From NCBI GenBank assembly GCA_964016885.1, contig OZ024742.1:306404001-306468000 (forward strand): 64,000 nucleotides of DNA. The letters are read 5' to 3'. This stretch comes from Eledone cirrhosa (taxonomy: Eukaryota). Numbering within the stretch: position 1 is the stretch's first letter; every line of letters begins with the position of its first letter. Position numbers and translations under genes: made by a program. Shown in pieces: positions 40,628-57,187 of the stretch. The notes beneath the pieces were generated by a model. It did no database searches. It was not told the origin of the DNA and was given only the letters and a program-made list of their open reading frames with translations.

Positions 40628-41559
40628 GGGTCACCAGATGTGTTAAGAAAATGTTCTATAGCCGACATATTTTGAGAAAAATGCCCACAATTTTCAGCAT
40701 GAAAAACGCAAAGGTTTCAGAAACAAAGTACAAGGTTACCCCCATTGTATGACAGGACACAAGAAGTTTATCTCTTAGTTCAAAATTGATTTTGATCATG
40801 GAGTTTCCCAAAACAGTTTCACAATTCTGTAAACTTTGCCACGCAGCATTGTTGACTTAATTACATTTTTTACTTGGCATCGTTTATCTCGTCACCATTT
40901 TCTAAACTGAGTGGATAAAAATAACTTCATTAACCTTCGCATCAATGATTTGTAGGAACGTATGTAATCGAGTATTTGAATCCAGATTTCCCTTTACGCG
41001 ACACTTTAACAAAGTTAATGCTTCATGTGTAAAGGAGGAAGGAACACTTAGTACTAGAGGTTGATTGCTATTGGAAATTAGTCTCATTGAAGACAGTCTG
41101 TTCCGTGATCGCTGTTCCCTCTAAATCAGTGTAATTAAAAATAGCATGTAATGTGAACCATTCAGCCAGTGTTTTAGAAGTTTTACAAATGTCACACAAG
41201 AAACATAAGCAGACCAAACGTTTTCGTTGCCCACTCACATTTTATTCGGAATAAAGTTCGTCGCATTATTTCACTAATAGTGTAACGTTTTGTTTCTGAT
41301 GTTTTACTGATAGATCACCACATAGAAAATATAATTACTATGACTCATAAAATTCCAGCACTTGAAAAGGAATCTCATTGGAATATAAACAATAATAATT
41401 ATTAAAATAACATGAAAATAGAATTACAGATATTGTAATATAACATACACTACAAAAGAAATGAATATACCATTACAATAAAATGTACAGCAGATACAAA
41501 AATAAACCAAAGTAAAATTAAGATGGCTTTCAAAATTTGCTTACCAAAGGCAAAAAACA

Positions 41560-42440
41560 GAAGGTATAATTGTTTTCTCCACAAGACCAATGCCTGGCCA
41601 GAAACAATTACAAAATAGCAAAAGGGAATCATAGCACCAAACACAGAATGTGCAACCGGCACAATGAGCTGGTTGACCACATCATCTCCGCCTGTCAAGC
41701 CTTGATATATACACAAGCATGATCAAGTTGGCAGTTATCTCCAAAAGGCAATATGACAACACATCAATATAAAAACGAACAAAATGTTAAATATTTTTGA
41801 CATATACTAACGTGGTACATGTCAAAATCCAGACAACTTTCATTTGGGATATTCTCGCCCGAACTGACAAAGAAAACAAGGCAAATAAACGAGACGTAAT
41901 AATCAATCTCTCTCTCTATCTAAAGTCGTTCTCAAGCCAGGAGCCTCGTCAGGCCGGTGATTATCCAGGTTTCGGCGCGTGAGGTGGCTGTGAGTACAAG
42001 ACAAAACGCCCTCTGGATAAGAGGATTAAACCCCCTGGTATTTATTTTCAGCTGAGTATACCAGAGCAACGTGAAATTTGCTCAAGAACTCAACACACAA
42101 CATAGCTCAGGAATCGAACACACGAGAGTACGTCCAACACCATTACCACAAGGTCACGATATCTCCAATAAAAATAATAATCAAGGACTTTAAAAAAAAC
42201 AGATGAATATTGATTGACCTCACAAACCTTTCTGACATGAAAATTACACGGAAAGTTTGGAAAAAGTATCAAAAAAAGTATCGAAATAAACAATATGTGG
42301 GCTGTGAAAGTAAACCGCTTCAAATAAAAACTGGAGCGCGAGGTATGATACGAGATTATGAAAAAGATATAGAAGTCATACCAAGGTTCGGAATACTACA
42401 GCCTGTCTAAACATATTTCAGCTAGAAAGAGTCCACATCC
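41560..42440 (+). pseudogene. Decayed 3' end of a restriction-like-endonuclease (R4/NeSL-type) non-LTR retrotransposon
   Basis: QDQCLARNNYK, RMCNRHNELVDHIISACQAL..HDQVGSYL (CCHC knuckle), FIWDILARTDKENKANKRDVII (RPD-like), ILIDLTNLSD...KKY, IKTGARGMI. Confidence 0.75.
41907..42174 (-). mobile_element. Nin/Deu-like SINE inserted in the REL LINE with 10-bp TSD
   Basis: TAATAATCAA at 41897-41906 and 42175-42184; reverse-complement similarity to 1815-2085 (TTTTCAGCTGAGTATAC, GCTCAAGAA, CAGGAATCGAAC). Confidence 0.8.
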
Positions 42441-42666
42441 TGCATTAGATAATATCGATATAATAGCAGAACTCAAACAAAAGATTCCTCATGCACAACC
42501 CACTTTATTCAATATATTTATGATATCATAAAATTATATGTCGCAATGATATGTCTCTACAAGATTAATAGGCAAATGAATAACACAGCTTATATTACAC
42601 ATACCATATACAATGGAAGAAACACTGAAATAACACTAGAAATAACAGGGGAATTTTGTAACAAAA

Positions 42667-42856
42667 TAATTGTTTCTACTTTTGGCACAAGGCCATCATT
42701 TACCCAGTACATTACTGGTACTTTATTTTATCGACCCCGTAAGGATGAAAGGCAAAGTTAACCTCGGCGGGATTTGAACTCACACCTCAAAGGGACGTAA
42801 CTATGCTGGAAAGCATGGCGTTCGACCCGCTACCGATACTGCCAATCGACCGCCCT
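42667..42856 (-). mobile_element. Full-length SINE with probable TSD TTGTAACAAAATAAT
   Basis: Family consensus; TTGTAACAAAATAAT at about 42656-42670 and 42856-42870. Confidence 0.9.
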
Positions 42857-43223
42857 TGTAACAAAATAATACTGATACAGTACAACCAAGAAGTACGGAA
42901 AGATGAAAGGCAAAGTTGAGATTCTAATCAGAACGTAAATTGTTGGAATATAAGAAGCAAAACATTTAATTTTTCTGAGAGTCTAACGATTCAAATACTA
43001 ACCAGCCTTTACTAATGATTGCTACTTTAGAGGAAAGGGTAACATTGATTAAATCGGCCCAGATCGTAATTGCCGAGTACAATATTTCACCGAAATGGCG
43101 AAAGCAAAGTTGATCGCAGCACACAAAGGCATGTAACAAAATTCCACAAAGCATTTTATCAGAAGATCTAACTATCCTGTCAATCCATCCTCCATTAATT
43201 ATAATAGGATTTGGTAGTATAAA

Positions 43224-43413
43224 GTGGTGGTTTAGTAGTATCGGTAGAGGGTCGGACGCCATGCTTTGCAGCAAAGAGTTACGGCCCTTTATGGTCTGAG
43301 TTCAAATCCCGCCGAGGTTAACTTTGCCTTTCATCGTTACGGGGTCGATAAAATAAAGTACCAGTAATACACTGGAATAATTGCTGGCCTTGTGCCAAAA
43401 GTAGGAACAATTA
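43224..43413 (+). mobile_element. Full-length SINE (Meta-type)
   Basis: Family consensus. Confidence 0.9.
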
Positions 43414-43744
43414 ATTATAATACGTTTTACAATCGGCCCATCGTTTCTCATAAATACTTCTAATATATGCACCTAACTAAGGTTTGTTTTATTTTGTGGA
43501 TCTTTGAAAAATGAAATACGGAAAAGACATCGTATCAAAGAGTGTTCATATTGGTACGTGATAGGGCCTATTCTGTACCCCTATGTATACGCATAGAACT
43601 TACCTTTCAAACACTACTACAACTACTACGAATACTACCGCTCAATCAACTTTTACTAATGAAATCGTTTACAATGATAACAACACTCAAAAGCTACAAG
43701 CAGTGATCAATAGAGCAGATTTAACATCTTTCTCTCACTACATA

Positions 43745-44065
43745 TAATGGTTTCTTATTTTGGGGTAGGTGAAAGTCGATCAAATCAATCACAACGCGTT
43801 ACTAGTACTTTATTTTATCGACCGCGTACGGATGAAAGGCAAAGTTAAACTAGGCAGGATTTGGAATCAGAAGTTAAAAGGCGTCGGACAATATGGTTTG
43901 CGGCATAGAGTTACAGTCCTTTACAATTCTGTCGAGGTTAGCTTGGCCTTTAATCCTTACGGGGCCGATAAAATAAAGTACCACTGACGCACTGAGGTCG
44001 ATTTAGTCGACTTCCCCCTTCCCTTCAAATTGCTGGCCTTGTGGCAAATGTAGAAACAATTATTA
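43745..44065. mobile_element. Head-to-head pair of truncated SINEs
   Basis: Minus copy 43745-43890; plus copy 43900-44065. Confidence 0.75.
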
Positions 44066-45106
44066 TCACAACTAAACGTCTACCACGAAAGCATTTTATG
44101 CCGTAAATTCTCCATACAGCCGTTCTAACCACGACTGTCATCACTAAACTTCACTTGTGGAAATAATACACATAACAAGATAGATATGTAGTTACTCTAT
44201 TTTCTAGAATTGCGGATAAATCTTCCTCAAATGAGATACATAGAAAAAAATAAGAGATCATCGCAGCTGCAATTCCTTTGATCATAGGGATGTTTTATTA
44301 GGTCTGACAGTGGGTTAAAGAACATCAATAACATTTAATAATTACTTGTGCCACTATCAGTATTGTCTCCACCATGTGCTCCACTCACAGATCTACATTT
44401 ATGTCTCCAACTCAACCAGTATAAAGAAAAACTGCTACACAACCAACTCCACTAAAATGATCACAAACACTATTATTTACCAGAACTGCTACCAATGCTA
44501 CTGCTGCTAAATCTAATTGTACTACCATTCTCATCAAACTCACCGCATACACCATCAATACCATCTATAACAGCAATCACCACCACTATAAACTGTTAGG
44601 AATAGCAAAGTCAATCACACAAAACCAACTACAGCCAACAGCAGCTGAAGTAAAACTAATATTACCACACACCAGCACCAATTCCTTTCATACTACCATG
44701 GCAATGCCCCCACTACCAACCACTTTTCTTCACAAGCTACAGCAAGACCACTACCACCACCACACCACCACCACCAACAGTAGCCGCAGCAGCAGAAGCA
44801 GCGGTACAATCGAGGTGAGCATAATCACGGTTACCAATTACTCTTACCACCTCTCTTTCAAGAGCTACTACAACCAACAAACCAGCCAGGCAACCAACAA
44901 AAGCATCCTCATTAAACTTGACTGTCTCCACCTTCGTCTTTAACGTTATGGCCATTTGTCTATCTGTCCTTCATAAAATCGTTAATCATCATATTTACCT
45001 CTGCTCACCACCCTCAAATAGTGTCTTAGGTTAATTAACTGGATACGAACATTTCAGGAATTTTTCGAAATGGAAATTGAAAATTAGTAAGAATGGTGGG
45101 ACTGGA

Positions 45107-47135
<2,029 letters not shown>

Positions 47136-47639
47136 GCCTGTGTGTATGCGTGGCATTATATGTGTGTGTATCGAGAGCTTTCTCAAGGAAAGTAAAACAA
47201 CCAAAAGGGAAAAAAACAAAGACAAAAAACAAGAATATCTCCTACAAAGAAAGAAAAAGTCAGAAAGAAATAAGGAACGAAATACATTGAAGGAAATTAA
47301 GAAATATTGCAAGAGAGAAACTAATGCGCCAACAAGGAAACGAATGAATAAATAAATAAATAAATAAATAAATAAGCAAATAAATAACTAAATAAATTAA
47401 TAAATATATAAATGAAAATGGGTGAATCAAAATGTATGAAAAAAGAAAATAAGAAATGAATACCAATTATAGAAAGGACATACAAGACAAAAAATAACAA
47501 TGGAATCTTTGAAATAAATTGTGAAAAGTAAACAACGCCATAACAACGGCAACGACAAAATGTTTAAAAAATACAGAAATATAAATGTATGTAAAATAAA
47601 ATATACTAAATAAAATATAAAGGAAATGATGATGAGAAA

Positions 47640-47674
47640 GAGAGAGGGTGGGGGGGGACAAAGATAGAGAGAGG

Positions 47675-47734
<60 letters not shown>

Positions 47735-48252
47735 GAGAGATAGAGATAAAGATAGATAGAGAGTGAGAGAGTGTGTATGAGAGTGTGTGTGTGTATGTGT
47801 GTGAGAGAGAAAACATTGACCGGGAGAAGAGTAAAAAAGAGAGAACGAGAGAGAAGATAGAAAGAAAGTAAGCGACCGTGAGAGAGATACTGGCGTGGAG
47901 AGGGTGAGTGAGAAAGAGAGAGAGAGACTGGGGGAGAAGAAGAGAGAGAAAGAAAAAGTGACTGGGAGAGGGGTAGAAAAAGAGCGACAGTGAGAGAAGA
48001 TAGAGAGAAAGTAAACGAGGTTGAGAGAGAGTGAGAGAGGGGGCGTGGAGAGTGTGAGAATAAGACAGACTGAGAAAGAACGAGTGAAAGAGAGAGAGAA
48101 GATAGAAAGTGAGCGAATGTGGGAGAGATAGGGTCGTGGAGAGTGTGAGAGAGAGACTGATGGAGAAGAAATAAGAGAGCAAGAGAGAAGATAGAGAGAA
48201 ACTAAGCGAGGATGAGAGAGAGAAAGAGGCGTGGAGAGAGAGAGAGAGATAT

Positions 48253-48302
<50 letters not shown>

Positions 48303-48325
48303 AGGGAGAAGAAGAGAGAGAGAAA
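47640..48325. repeat. GA-rich low-complexity region with (GATA)n
   Basis: Direct reading. Confidence 0.9.
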
Positions 48326-48672
48326 ATGAGAGAATGTAATGAATATCAAGAATAACAACATTAGTAGCAACAAAACTATCAAACGAAAAATTAGGAATCG
48401 TCAGTGAAGAGTTGTGAAAAATAATTAACAGAAATATTTCAATATCATCATCATCATCAATAGCATCATGATCTTCAATATCATCATCATTAGTAATAGC
48501 AGCAGCAACAAAGACAGCAACCTGAAAACAATCATCATATATGATCATCATCGTTATCATTAAAATTTAGAAATATAATCTTTATGTGTATCTAATAGCG
48601 TAGGGCTGTGCGCCGCGAGTAAGTCTTTTTTTCAGAAGGGTGCATATGAAAGCATAAAGAATATGTTTATGA

Positions 48673-48885
48673 ATAATGGTTTCTGATTTAGGCACAAGGC
48701 CAGCAATTTCTTTTCAGGGGATGTTGACTAAATCTACCGCAGTGCATTACTGCTGCTTTATTTTATCGACCCCGTGATGATGAAAGGCAAAGCTAAGCCC
48801 GGCGGGAGTTGAACACAGAACGTATAGGGAGGTAACTATATTCCGCAAAGCATGTTGTTCGACACTGTACTGGTACTGCCAATTC
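48673..48885 (-). mobile_element. SINE (Meta-type), diverged
   Basis: Family consensus. Confidence 0.8.
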
Positions 48886-49214
48886 AGACCCCTATGATAT
48901 CCCACGTCTGTATGTTCTGTTCAGTTAACAGTAATCTGAGAAATATTTGTCCAGTACCTAGTAATGTTATTTTATGTATGTTGTGTATATGGCCGTTCTT
49001 AGGCAGCCTCATGACGAACTCCACACTCGCTTGGAAGAGTTCTGTATGTTTGGGTAGCTACGATTTACAAATTATTGTCAGCTCATCGAGGGCAGCCCAA
49101 GATTTGTCCTTGCGTGTGTGAATGTTACTTTTGATGAGACATTGTTTGGGGATATAGCTTCCAAGTTATGTGAACTGGTCAACTTCCTTGAAAAGTTTAC
49201 CAACTATAAATATG

Positions 49215-49244
<30 letters not shown>

Positions 49245-49245
<1 letters not shown>

Positions 49246-49578
49246 ATTATAACGACAATGAAATAAGTTGACATAATATATAATATGTTACATATATTTG
49301 ATAATATTATCTGAGTTGTATTATTATCAAAGCGAAAAATGTTGACGAACGGAGATCTCGGTACGTCATAACATGTATACTTAACAAAAGCTGAATCCAC
49401 GTAAAACATATTAAGTCATTGTTTTGGATTCATATATATATATCTTTCGCTTTGATAATAAAACAACTCCGCTAATATTATCAAATATATGTAACATATA
49501 GAAACAATTATCAAATATATGTAACATATATTATGTCAACTTATTTCATTGTCGTCATAATAACCAACTTTGATTATT
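49245..49578. mobile_element. Fold-back module with short tail between (TG)n and (TA)n
   Basis: Arms 49245-49338 / 49445-49562; right arm has an internal duplication ATTATCAAATATATGTAACATATA. Confidence 0.8.
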
Positions 49579-50982
49579 TATATATATAATGTGGCTAGAG
49601 TTTATAATCACACGCTATAAAATATAACCAGATAATAAAAAAATATGTTTCTGCTATTCCGAATTAAGATTCTCCAGGTATCATTTAAATGTGCCGATGT
49701 ATAAAAGCCTGAAAACTGCCCGCAATATTCTGTTCAAAGCGTTGATAGGTTTTGCAAGATCATAGCGCCACTTTCTTGAATAAATGTTTACTCGTTGTTA
49801 AAGGACACCATGTCAAGACTGGTGGGTGTTGTGTTTCCTGCAGTGCATTTCTACCCAAACAATCTTACTCGAGATATTCCACGATGCATGGTAGTCAGTA
49901 GACCCTTTATCCCTCCCCCTCTCACAAGATTAACCGTGTAGCGTATTTAACTCTCCAAATCATAACACAGACATTCACATATTACAGCAACAAGTACAAC
50001 ACAATCAACTGTTGACAACATCAGCAACTATAAACGAAATATTTACTATATAACTGTAAAAAACAAAAACAGTATATCAACAAAGCTAATAATAGCAAAA
50101 ATGATAAATGGAAACAAGAAAGATAAAAGAAGCCTATAAGCCTTCACACGGCCTTTTAGAAATTGCAGTTAAATATTTCTCAAATCGCACACCAAACCCA
50201 TTTTTCATGTTTCACATGACAGTATCGTCCTAGATACACTGTAGCTGAATAAAAAGAAGTTTGATCAATGGTAGAATGCTTTACCAACAGACTTTCTGAA
50301 ACAGACTAACGTGAGGTTCAACAACAATTTTAATGGTGGAAAAGTACATCAACGACATCAGACAAAATTACCTCGAAACACTGTTCACACCAATTTTAAG
50401 GCACCGTATTAGTTTTAGTTTAGCATCTCCAGACTATAAAGAAACCAGAAATTCCCATTGCAATTTAAACATTCTTTTTTTTACTCATAGTTCTTACTTC
50501 TATCTCCTGACAATATCTTTGATTTTGGAACTTTTACGTGGTGCGACGACCTGCGAAAAATATAAAGTAAATCTCGCTTAATTTTAATAATATACTGCTA
50601 AATAAGGGCTCGTTCGAAACTTACTGCACACTAAAAGGATAGTCTCTCTGTAACTAGACAATAACATCATACCGTTTACAAACATCAAAAAGTAGTCAGA
50701 AGATAAATTCTTAGCTGTCTCACCCGATGACATTTCTAATATTTAAACTATTGTCAAAAATGTCAAGAGCTTTTCTTGTAATTCTAACTAAAATTTTATA
50801 TCGACCCCGACATCAGAGTATCGTTGAGAAGTAAGCATTCTAAGCACTTGGTAGTTTTAGTTCCCTTTATTAGAAGTGTAAGAATCTGACATATTTGTAT
50901 TTAATGTGCAAAACGCTCTACAGAGAAACGTTTTTTTTTTTTTTATCTTTAGCCATGTTGCAATAATAAAATTAGTTTTAAA

Positions 50983-51176
50983 ATAATTGTTTCTACTTTT
51001 GGTACAAGGCCAGCAATTATACCAGTGCATTACCGCTTCTTTATTTTATCGATTTCGTAAATATGAAAGACAAAGTTAACATCGGCGGGATTTGAACTCA
51101 TAACGTAAAGGGCCATAACTCTATGCTGTATATCAGGGTGTCTGACACTCTACCGATACTGCCAATTCACCGCCCT
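50983..51176 (-). mobile_element. Full-length SINE with TSD ATTAGTTTTAAAATAAT
   Basis: Family consensus; ATTAGTTTTAAAATAAT at about 50971-50987 and 51179-51195. Confidence 0.9.
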
Positions 51177-54100
51177 CTATTAGTTTTAAAATAATGACAA
51201 TAAGGATTATAAGATGAGGGAATATACAGTTAATGGGGTGTGGTAAATAAATATATACATATATACCAAGTCCGAACATAATGTTGTTACTACAATTTCC
51301 CTAATTCTCTATAAACTGTTCATCTCTAAACCTTTCCAACTTAGTAGAATGGGCTTTAACGAGGAATTTTAATAAAACAAAACGGAATACGTCAGTTGAT
51401 TTCAGCCGTTTGCATTATAGAAAAGACTCGCTTACATCTGTGCACAAATATTTTCCATTATTTGATTTATTGATCTGATTTCCCTTATTTCTCGTGTTTA
51501 GATTTCAGTCAATCATGCACAAAGAATCTCAATTTTACAGCTCACTATAATTTATGATTAGACTTATTTATACTTCATACACGTTTCTGATGGTCTTGAA
51601 TTCAAGATATTTTGAGGTATAAAAGCATTTGTTTTGTTCCAAACATATAATCTTAAATAAGTATATTCTGACGTAATATATTTTAAAGATCACACTCGTT
51701 AAAGTTATATTCATTTCCACATCGTTATCTGGGACGGCTCCTTGGTTTGAATTTCTAAATCAAATTTATTTTCTTTGTTTTCTTTTTTATATCATAGACA
51801 TCTTTAAAAATGAGACGTAACACACACATTCACTAAGACACGTATTAAATACTCTTGAACACAAATACTTCATCAATAACCTAAAACCCAATCTCTCCCT
51901 CTAATCACGAAAATGCACACAAAAGTAGCGGGAATATAATTGCCTCGTTGGAATATAACTCCATGCTAGGTTGCAAATCTATACCAACAAATGCAAAGAA
52001 GCAGAAACTGTGAAGCTCCGATGGTGTTGAGCTTCCTTACCTTCACAGAGGCTACCACGTTAAACTGTCGTTATATAGATATAATCTGAGTAGAGGAAGG
52101 AGTTACGTTTATGTGTGTGTGTGTGTGTGCACTTGTATGTGCGCGCCTGTGTGTGTGTTCGCGTGTGTGTATGTGTTTAATCAAAGAGAAATTATCGGAA
52201 TGGGGTAAAATATCTAAGTAATTATTATCTCTTTTTAATCATTTGTAATCGGATTTCTAAAAGAATTTTTTTATTGTAAAAGCATTAGATTTTGCGTAAA
52301 TTGCTAAGTGTTTTTATTTTTTTATTTTTTCTATATTTTGATCAGGGTTAATATTTTTCATTTTACTTTATTTGCTGTCAGCAACAGTAACTTATCAGGA
52401 GAGCCTCAAACTAAGAAGAATTAAGTTCATTTTTAAATAGACGAATGTTAGTATTAGCATTCATGAGAAATATCCTTGAGATATTAAGCAGAACGGAATT
52501 CTGTTACTAGACACTTATAGTTGTTAAACTATTATTACAAAAACATTTCAATGAGGAGACAATAATGAGAAAGAATATATTCACGCCTTTAATAAATATA
52601 CATCACCTGAGCTTTTCATTGAATGTGATATTCAAAATAATAAATATGTACCAACTAATACAGATGACAAAAAATTAGGACGTGGAAAGCATAATGTGAA
52701 ACAGTAGCAAAATAAAAAATAAAATAAAATAAATAATATCTAAAATCCAATTCAAAGAAAATCATAAAATTTGGGTTAAAAAATAAATCACAAAAAAGTA
52801 TTCTCATTTACACTTCCCAATAATTTCGTGAAGTGTCAAAATCAATTTCGAAATTTAAACATCTGAATCAAGAGAAAAGAAAATCGTATTTTTCTTCGCA
52901 TTTCATTCATTATAATCTATTGTGATGCATTTGAATAATTTAGGCGAGTTGTTTAATAAAGAAAAATCAGGTACAAAGTCTGCAAAGCCTGATAAATAAA
53001 CAAAAAATGTGAACAGTAAATTAAAATAAATGAAATCCATTCTATACATAAATAATAATAAGAGGAAACGAAAATACGTGTGATCAGTGCAATGGCTGGG
53101 AAAATCCAGGTGTAAGGATGTACGTATTAAATAGTTGTTTTTGTAACGTGCTATGCGACTCGGTTTCATTTTCCGGTTTGAATGATTTCATGTCCTTCAC
53201 TTTCTTAAGATTAATAATGTTTTTCTTCTGGAATAGAATTATATAAAAAATATTAACTTCCCAATTTCTTATTGGGTGTTAATAAATGCAATGTCCCTAT
53301 ATCAGTTTAGAAATATTTCAATGCCATTATAATCTAGAAACGTATGTTACTTTATTTTCTTTTAAAAAAAGTCTGGATATTAAGAAAATTGAATTAAAAA
53401 AATAATGTAAGAATTAATATTAGAAATGGAAGATTCAGGCAAAGCATTTTTAATTCACCCAGTGTTAATAGAAATATTAAGCGAGACAAACTTAATACCA
53501 TGGGTGAAATCTAGTAAACGAAAACAGCATAGCAGTCCTTGGAATATATATATATACGGATATTTTTAATGCTATATTTTCATGATCCCATCGTTTATTA
53601 GCAATTTTATTAAGCATAAATTACAACTTGTGGAATATATCTCATTCATATCTCTGGAAAAAATATATATACCATTTATGTTCAATAATTTAACTCATGG
53701 GTAGATCTTGTCATTACGATTAGTAGACCGTGATTCAATTAGGAAAAGCATTGTGTATATCATCCATCATAGATTCAGTAACTTGTGGTTGGTGCCGGAA
53801 CGGAGTTAAAATCTTCAATGAAAAACGAATATGATATATACTTTATGTATAATGTATTATGAATTATGGTATATACTTTATATTCCATGTTATATTTTAT
53901 ATATAGTTTGTAATTGTTGATATTATTCTATATTGACTCTACATCTATTATCTACTTCTTAAATTAATTACTTATTCATTTAATTAATTACATTTATCAC
54001 ATTTATTAATTATTAATTATCAACTTTTTGTTTTTAGAATTTACTTACCTTTTATGATTCAAATAACTTCTATTATTTACAATCCTGATTCTTTCATATG

Positions 54101-56551
54101 CTCAGTACAGCTGGCGTTGTTACGGATATTGCTATCAACAGGAGGTAATACTGTGAGTGCATATAATGTATGTGTTATGAACATTACTACCGCTTGCTCT
54201 TATTATCTGATACGTGATACATCATAGGTCGACCGCTTAGCCGTCTTCTTACTTATTCCTTAGGATTCCGAGATCTGATTCCTACCTAGAGAGTTTGGAA
54301 TAAAGGAAATTTCTATTATTTAGCCTACTCGTTCGCATGAGCCCTTTCCTGTATCTTGGAGACATTATGCAGTCGGTCGATCGTGGTCGTGAGAAGGCCA
54401 CACTATTTGTGTTTCCCAGCATCAATTCATTATAGACCCATACATGTAACCCCCAAATGGCATTTTAACCAGTTACATTTTTAATTAATTATTTGTTTTG
54501 TAACTTACATTATAATTACTTACATTATAATTATAATTATTCATTTTCCGTAACAGTTACTTTTTATAATTTTTATAACATTTTTATTACTATTTATCTA
54601 TTTACCGTAGTTTGTTTTTTGTTTTTCTCCTTTTTGTAATCTTTGTAATCTCTAGAGTCTTTATAACACTTTACACTACAAGTATTCATACGTTTAAGAA
54701 ATTCATCGTAAGCTACACTGGTTTTCGGCCAGTGACCAGCACTGTTATATCAGCCTATAAGGCGTCACCAAACCTTGTTGAGAACACAAAACAAATGGTT
54801 TTGAGTGGGAGAACGTCTACCTATGATTAAAAGCGTCCCATATGAACCCAATGCCGGAATGTTTCGCTGTCAATCAACCCTCCTTCGTCGCACCTACAAA
54901 CCCATAATGCATAACATTGGCGAGTGTGTAGCAAAGATCGACTGACCGCCTCAGTATCAAATGTATGTTTATATTTTGCCGTAACTCAGTAATTGATTAC
55001 TAAATCTTTTAAATGTTTTATGTTAATTACACTTGATGGAGTCGACGATTGTCTTCCGTTAAGATCTGATGATGTAAGCTGACCGGTCAGAAAAACAGAT
55101 ATTATGTATTAAGGCAACAATAAAGGAATATATTGAAATCCGGTTTTTTTTTTCATGGAATTATATCTATATAAATAGAGATGGTTTGTAAAATAGTTTG
55201 TAAAAATTATGTTCGATGAAATACCTCATTATTTGTATCTGAAACTATAAAGGAAGCTGTTTGAATTGCAAAAAGAAAGAATAGCACTCTTGTGAGAACT
55301 GCGGGATTATATTGCATATATTATTAATGAGAATGTCGATACTGTTCGGCGCTTAGATCAATTGTTTGCTAGCAATAATCCCCTCAAGTCAATGTATTGT
55401 GTGACAATTTACAGACATCCAAGATCACCCAGGGTTAAAGCTAAAAATGACTCCTTCGACGACAGAACAACAACACTAATAACAACAACAATACGTTGTT
55501 GAAATCGGATGCCATACGAAAGAAAACACGTGAACGGTAGTGGCATAAATTTTCTTATTAACCACAGTATCACATATATTGAGTGGAGGATAGTGTATAG
55601 ATCGGAGTATTTGAGAGGAGTGTAGTGGAATAAATCCAGCATTTCTTTTCTGGTACTCATTTCATTGACCATAGAAGAAAGGAAGGGAACAAGGATGGTA
55701 TAAGGAACCTTAGAGGAGTCTTTCTATATGGCCGGTGGCTCTTGATTTCCTATGTAGTCCTATCGTATTGCATATCCCCGACATCTGTACAGCGGTAGGC
55801 AGCACTATTTTGTTAATCATACGCCACTCACTTTACCGAATTGTGAACTATATATACGGGTATAGTGTAGGATAGGTAGGTGTAACTGCAGTCAATATTT
55901 TTGTGTTATACTGGACGCAGATGTAATTAGACAATGGCGTAAAATGGTGATATCTGATATGTAGGAGATAGAATGTGATTAATATAGGTAGCATGTGTAA
56001 AACATGATTGGTTTATATTAGCTAAGAAGATAACACTTTGGGAATATCAAGAATTAATTCTACTGTACTAACTTAAAGATGAAAATGAATTACCATGAAA
56101 ACATATTAATAGTTCATTTAAGAATCAATTTTGTGCATTTTATGGGTGTTAAGTATGTAGAATGTATTGCTTGTCACTTTACTACTGCTTTCCAAATAAC
56201 AGGATGTACATATGAGGTAAGGGTTACTGACGTTTTAGCAGAAACACGGTGAACATGCGTACATAAATTTCTATTATCCCATATATCTGCTTGAAAAGAA
56301 CTGCGGACTCTCATTTCTCTTCTAATTAAGCCAAAATGTAATATGAATAAATTAAAAAAAGAACACAAACGATTTCCCGAATCATCTCATTGTAAACGGA
56401 CATAGTCCACGAAAAATAGAACGAAACGCGTTCACTGATATATTGATGTGAAACGATTGAAATCAATCCCATATTTCATGGCAGTCGCAAATGTTGAGTT
56501 AAAAATAAAAAATGCGTTTGTATTATTAGTTATTTGTATTATTATTATAAT

Positions 56552-56665
56552 CTCAAATCCCGCTGAGGTTAACTTTGCCTTTCATCCTTACGGGGTCGAT
56601 AAAATAAAGTACCAGTAATGCACTGGATAATTGCTAGACTTGTGCCAAAAGTAGAAACAATTATT
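56552..56665 (+). mobile_element. 5'-truncated SINE, TSD-like TTATTATAATCT
   Basis: Family consensus from CAAATCCCGC to GTAGAAACAA. Confidence 0.85.
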
Positions 56666-56905
56666 ATAATCTTGAAATTAATGTTTAAAATATTATAAAT
56701 AACTATAAAATCGACATTATGGACTGCCAAAGAAATAGTACAATGTATCACATAAAGTGCGTAATCATTTCCGGCAATTCAGCGCTGTGAATTGGTAGTT
56801 TAATTATCGATCCCAAATGATGAAAGATACATCTGATCAAGAGGCGATTTGAACTAAATGTGTAGAGGACAGGAACGAATATATATATATGTATGAATAT
56901 ATATG

Positions 56906-56976
<71 letters not shown>

Positions 56977-56981
<5 letters not shown>

Positions 56982-57177
56982 TAAACGGAATAGAAAATGC
57001 TGACAAATTGTTCACAGTTGAAAAAATGGTTTAATTAGGAATAAAAGAGTATTAGTGTTTGTATGGGTTAGTATTCAGTTGTGGTTTTAAGTTTTTAAGT
57101 TTTTACCGGTTGCGCATTTCTAAATGCTTTTCAAAAATGATTTTGAGATAGAGTGTCCGTGCTGTTTGCTCTGATCT
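56977..57177 (-). mobile_element. 200-bp 3'-terminal fragment of the PLE at 10080-12008, in (TA)n
   Basis: Near-identical to 10080-10279. Confidence 0.92.
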
Positions 57178-57187
57178 ATATATATAT

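Noticed and set aside
54710-55115. CTGATGA at about 55066 and a minus-strand CTGATA..GAAA motif near 54715-54755
   Set aside because: Stems cannot be formed consistently; possibly an eroded element
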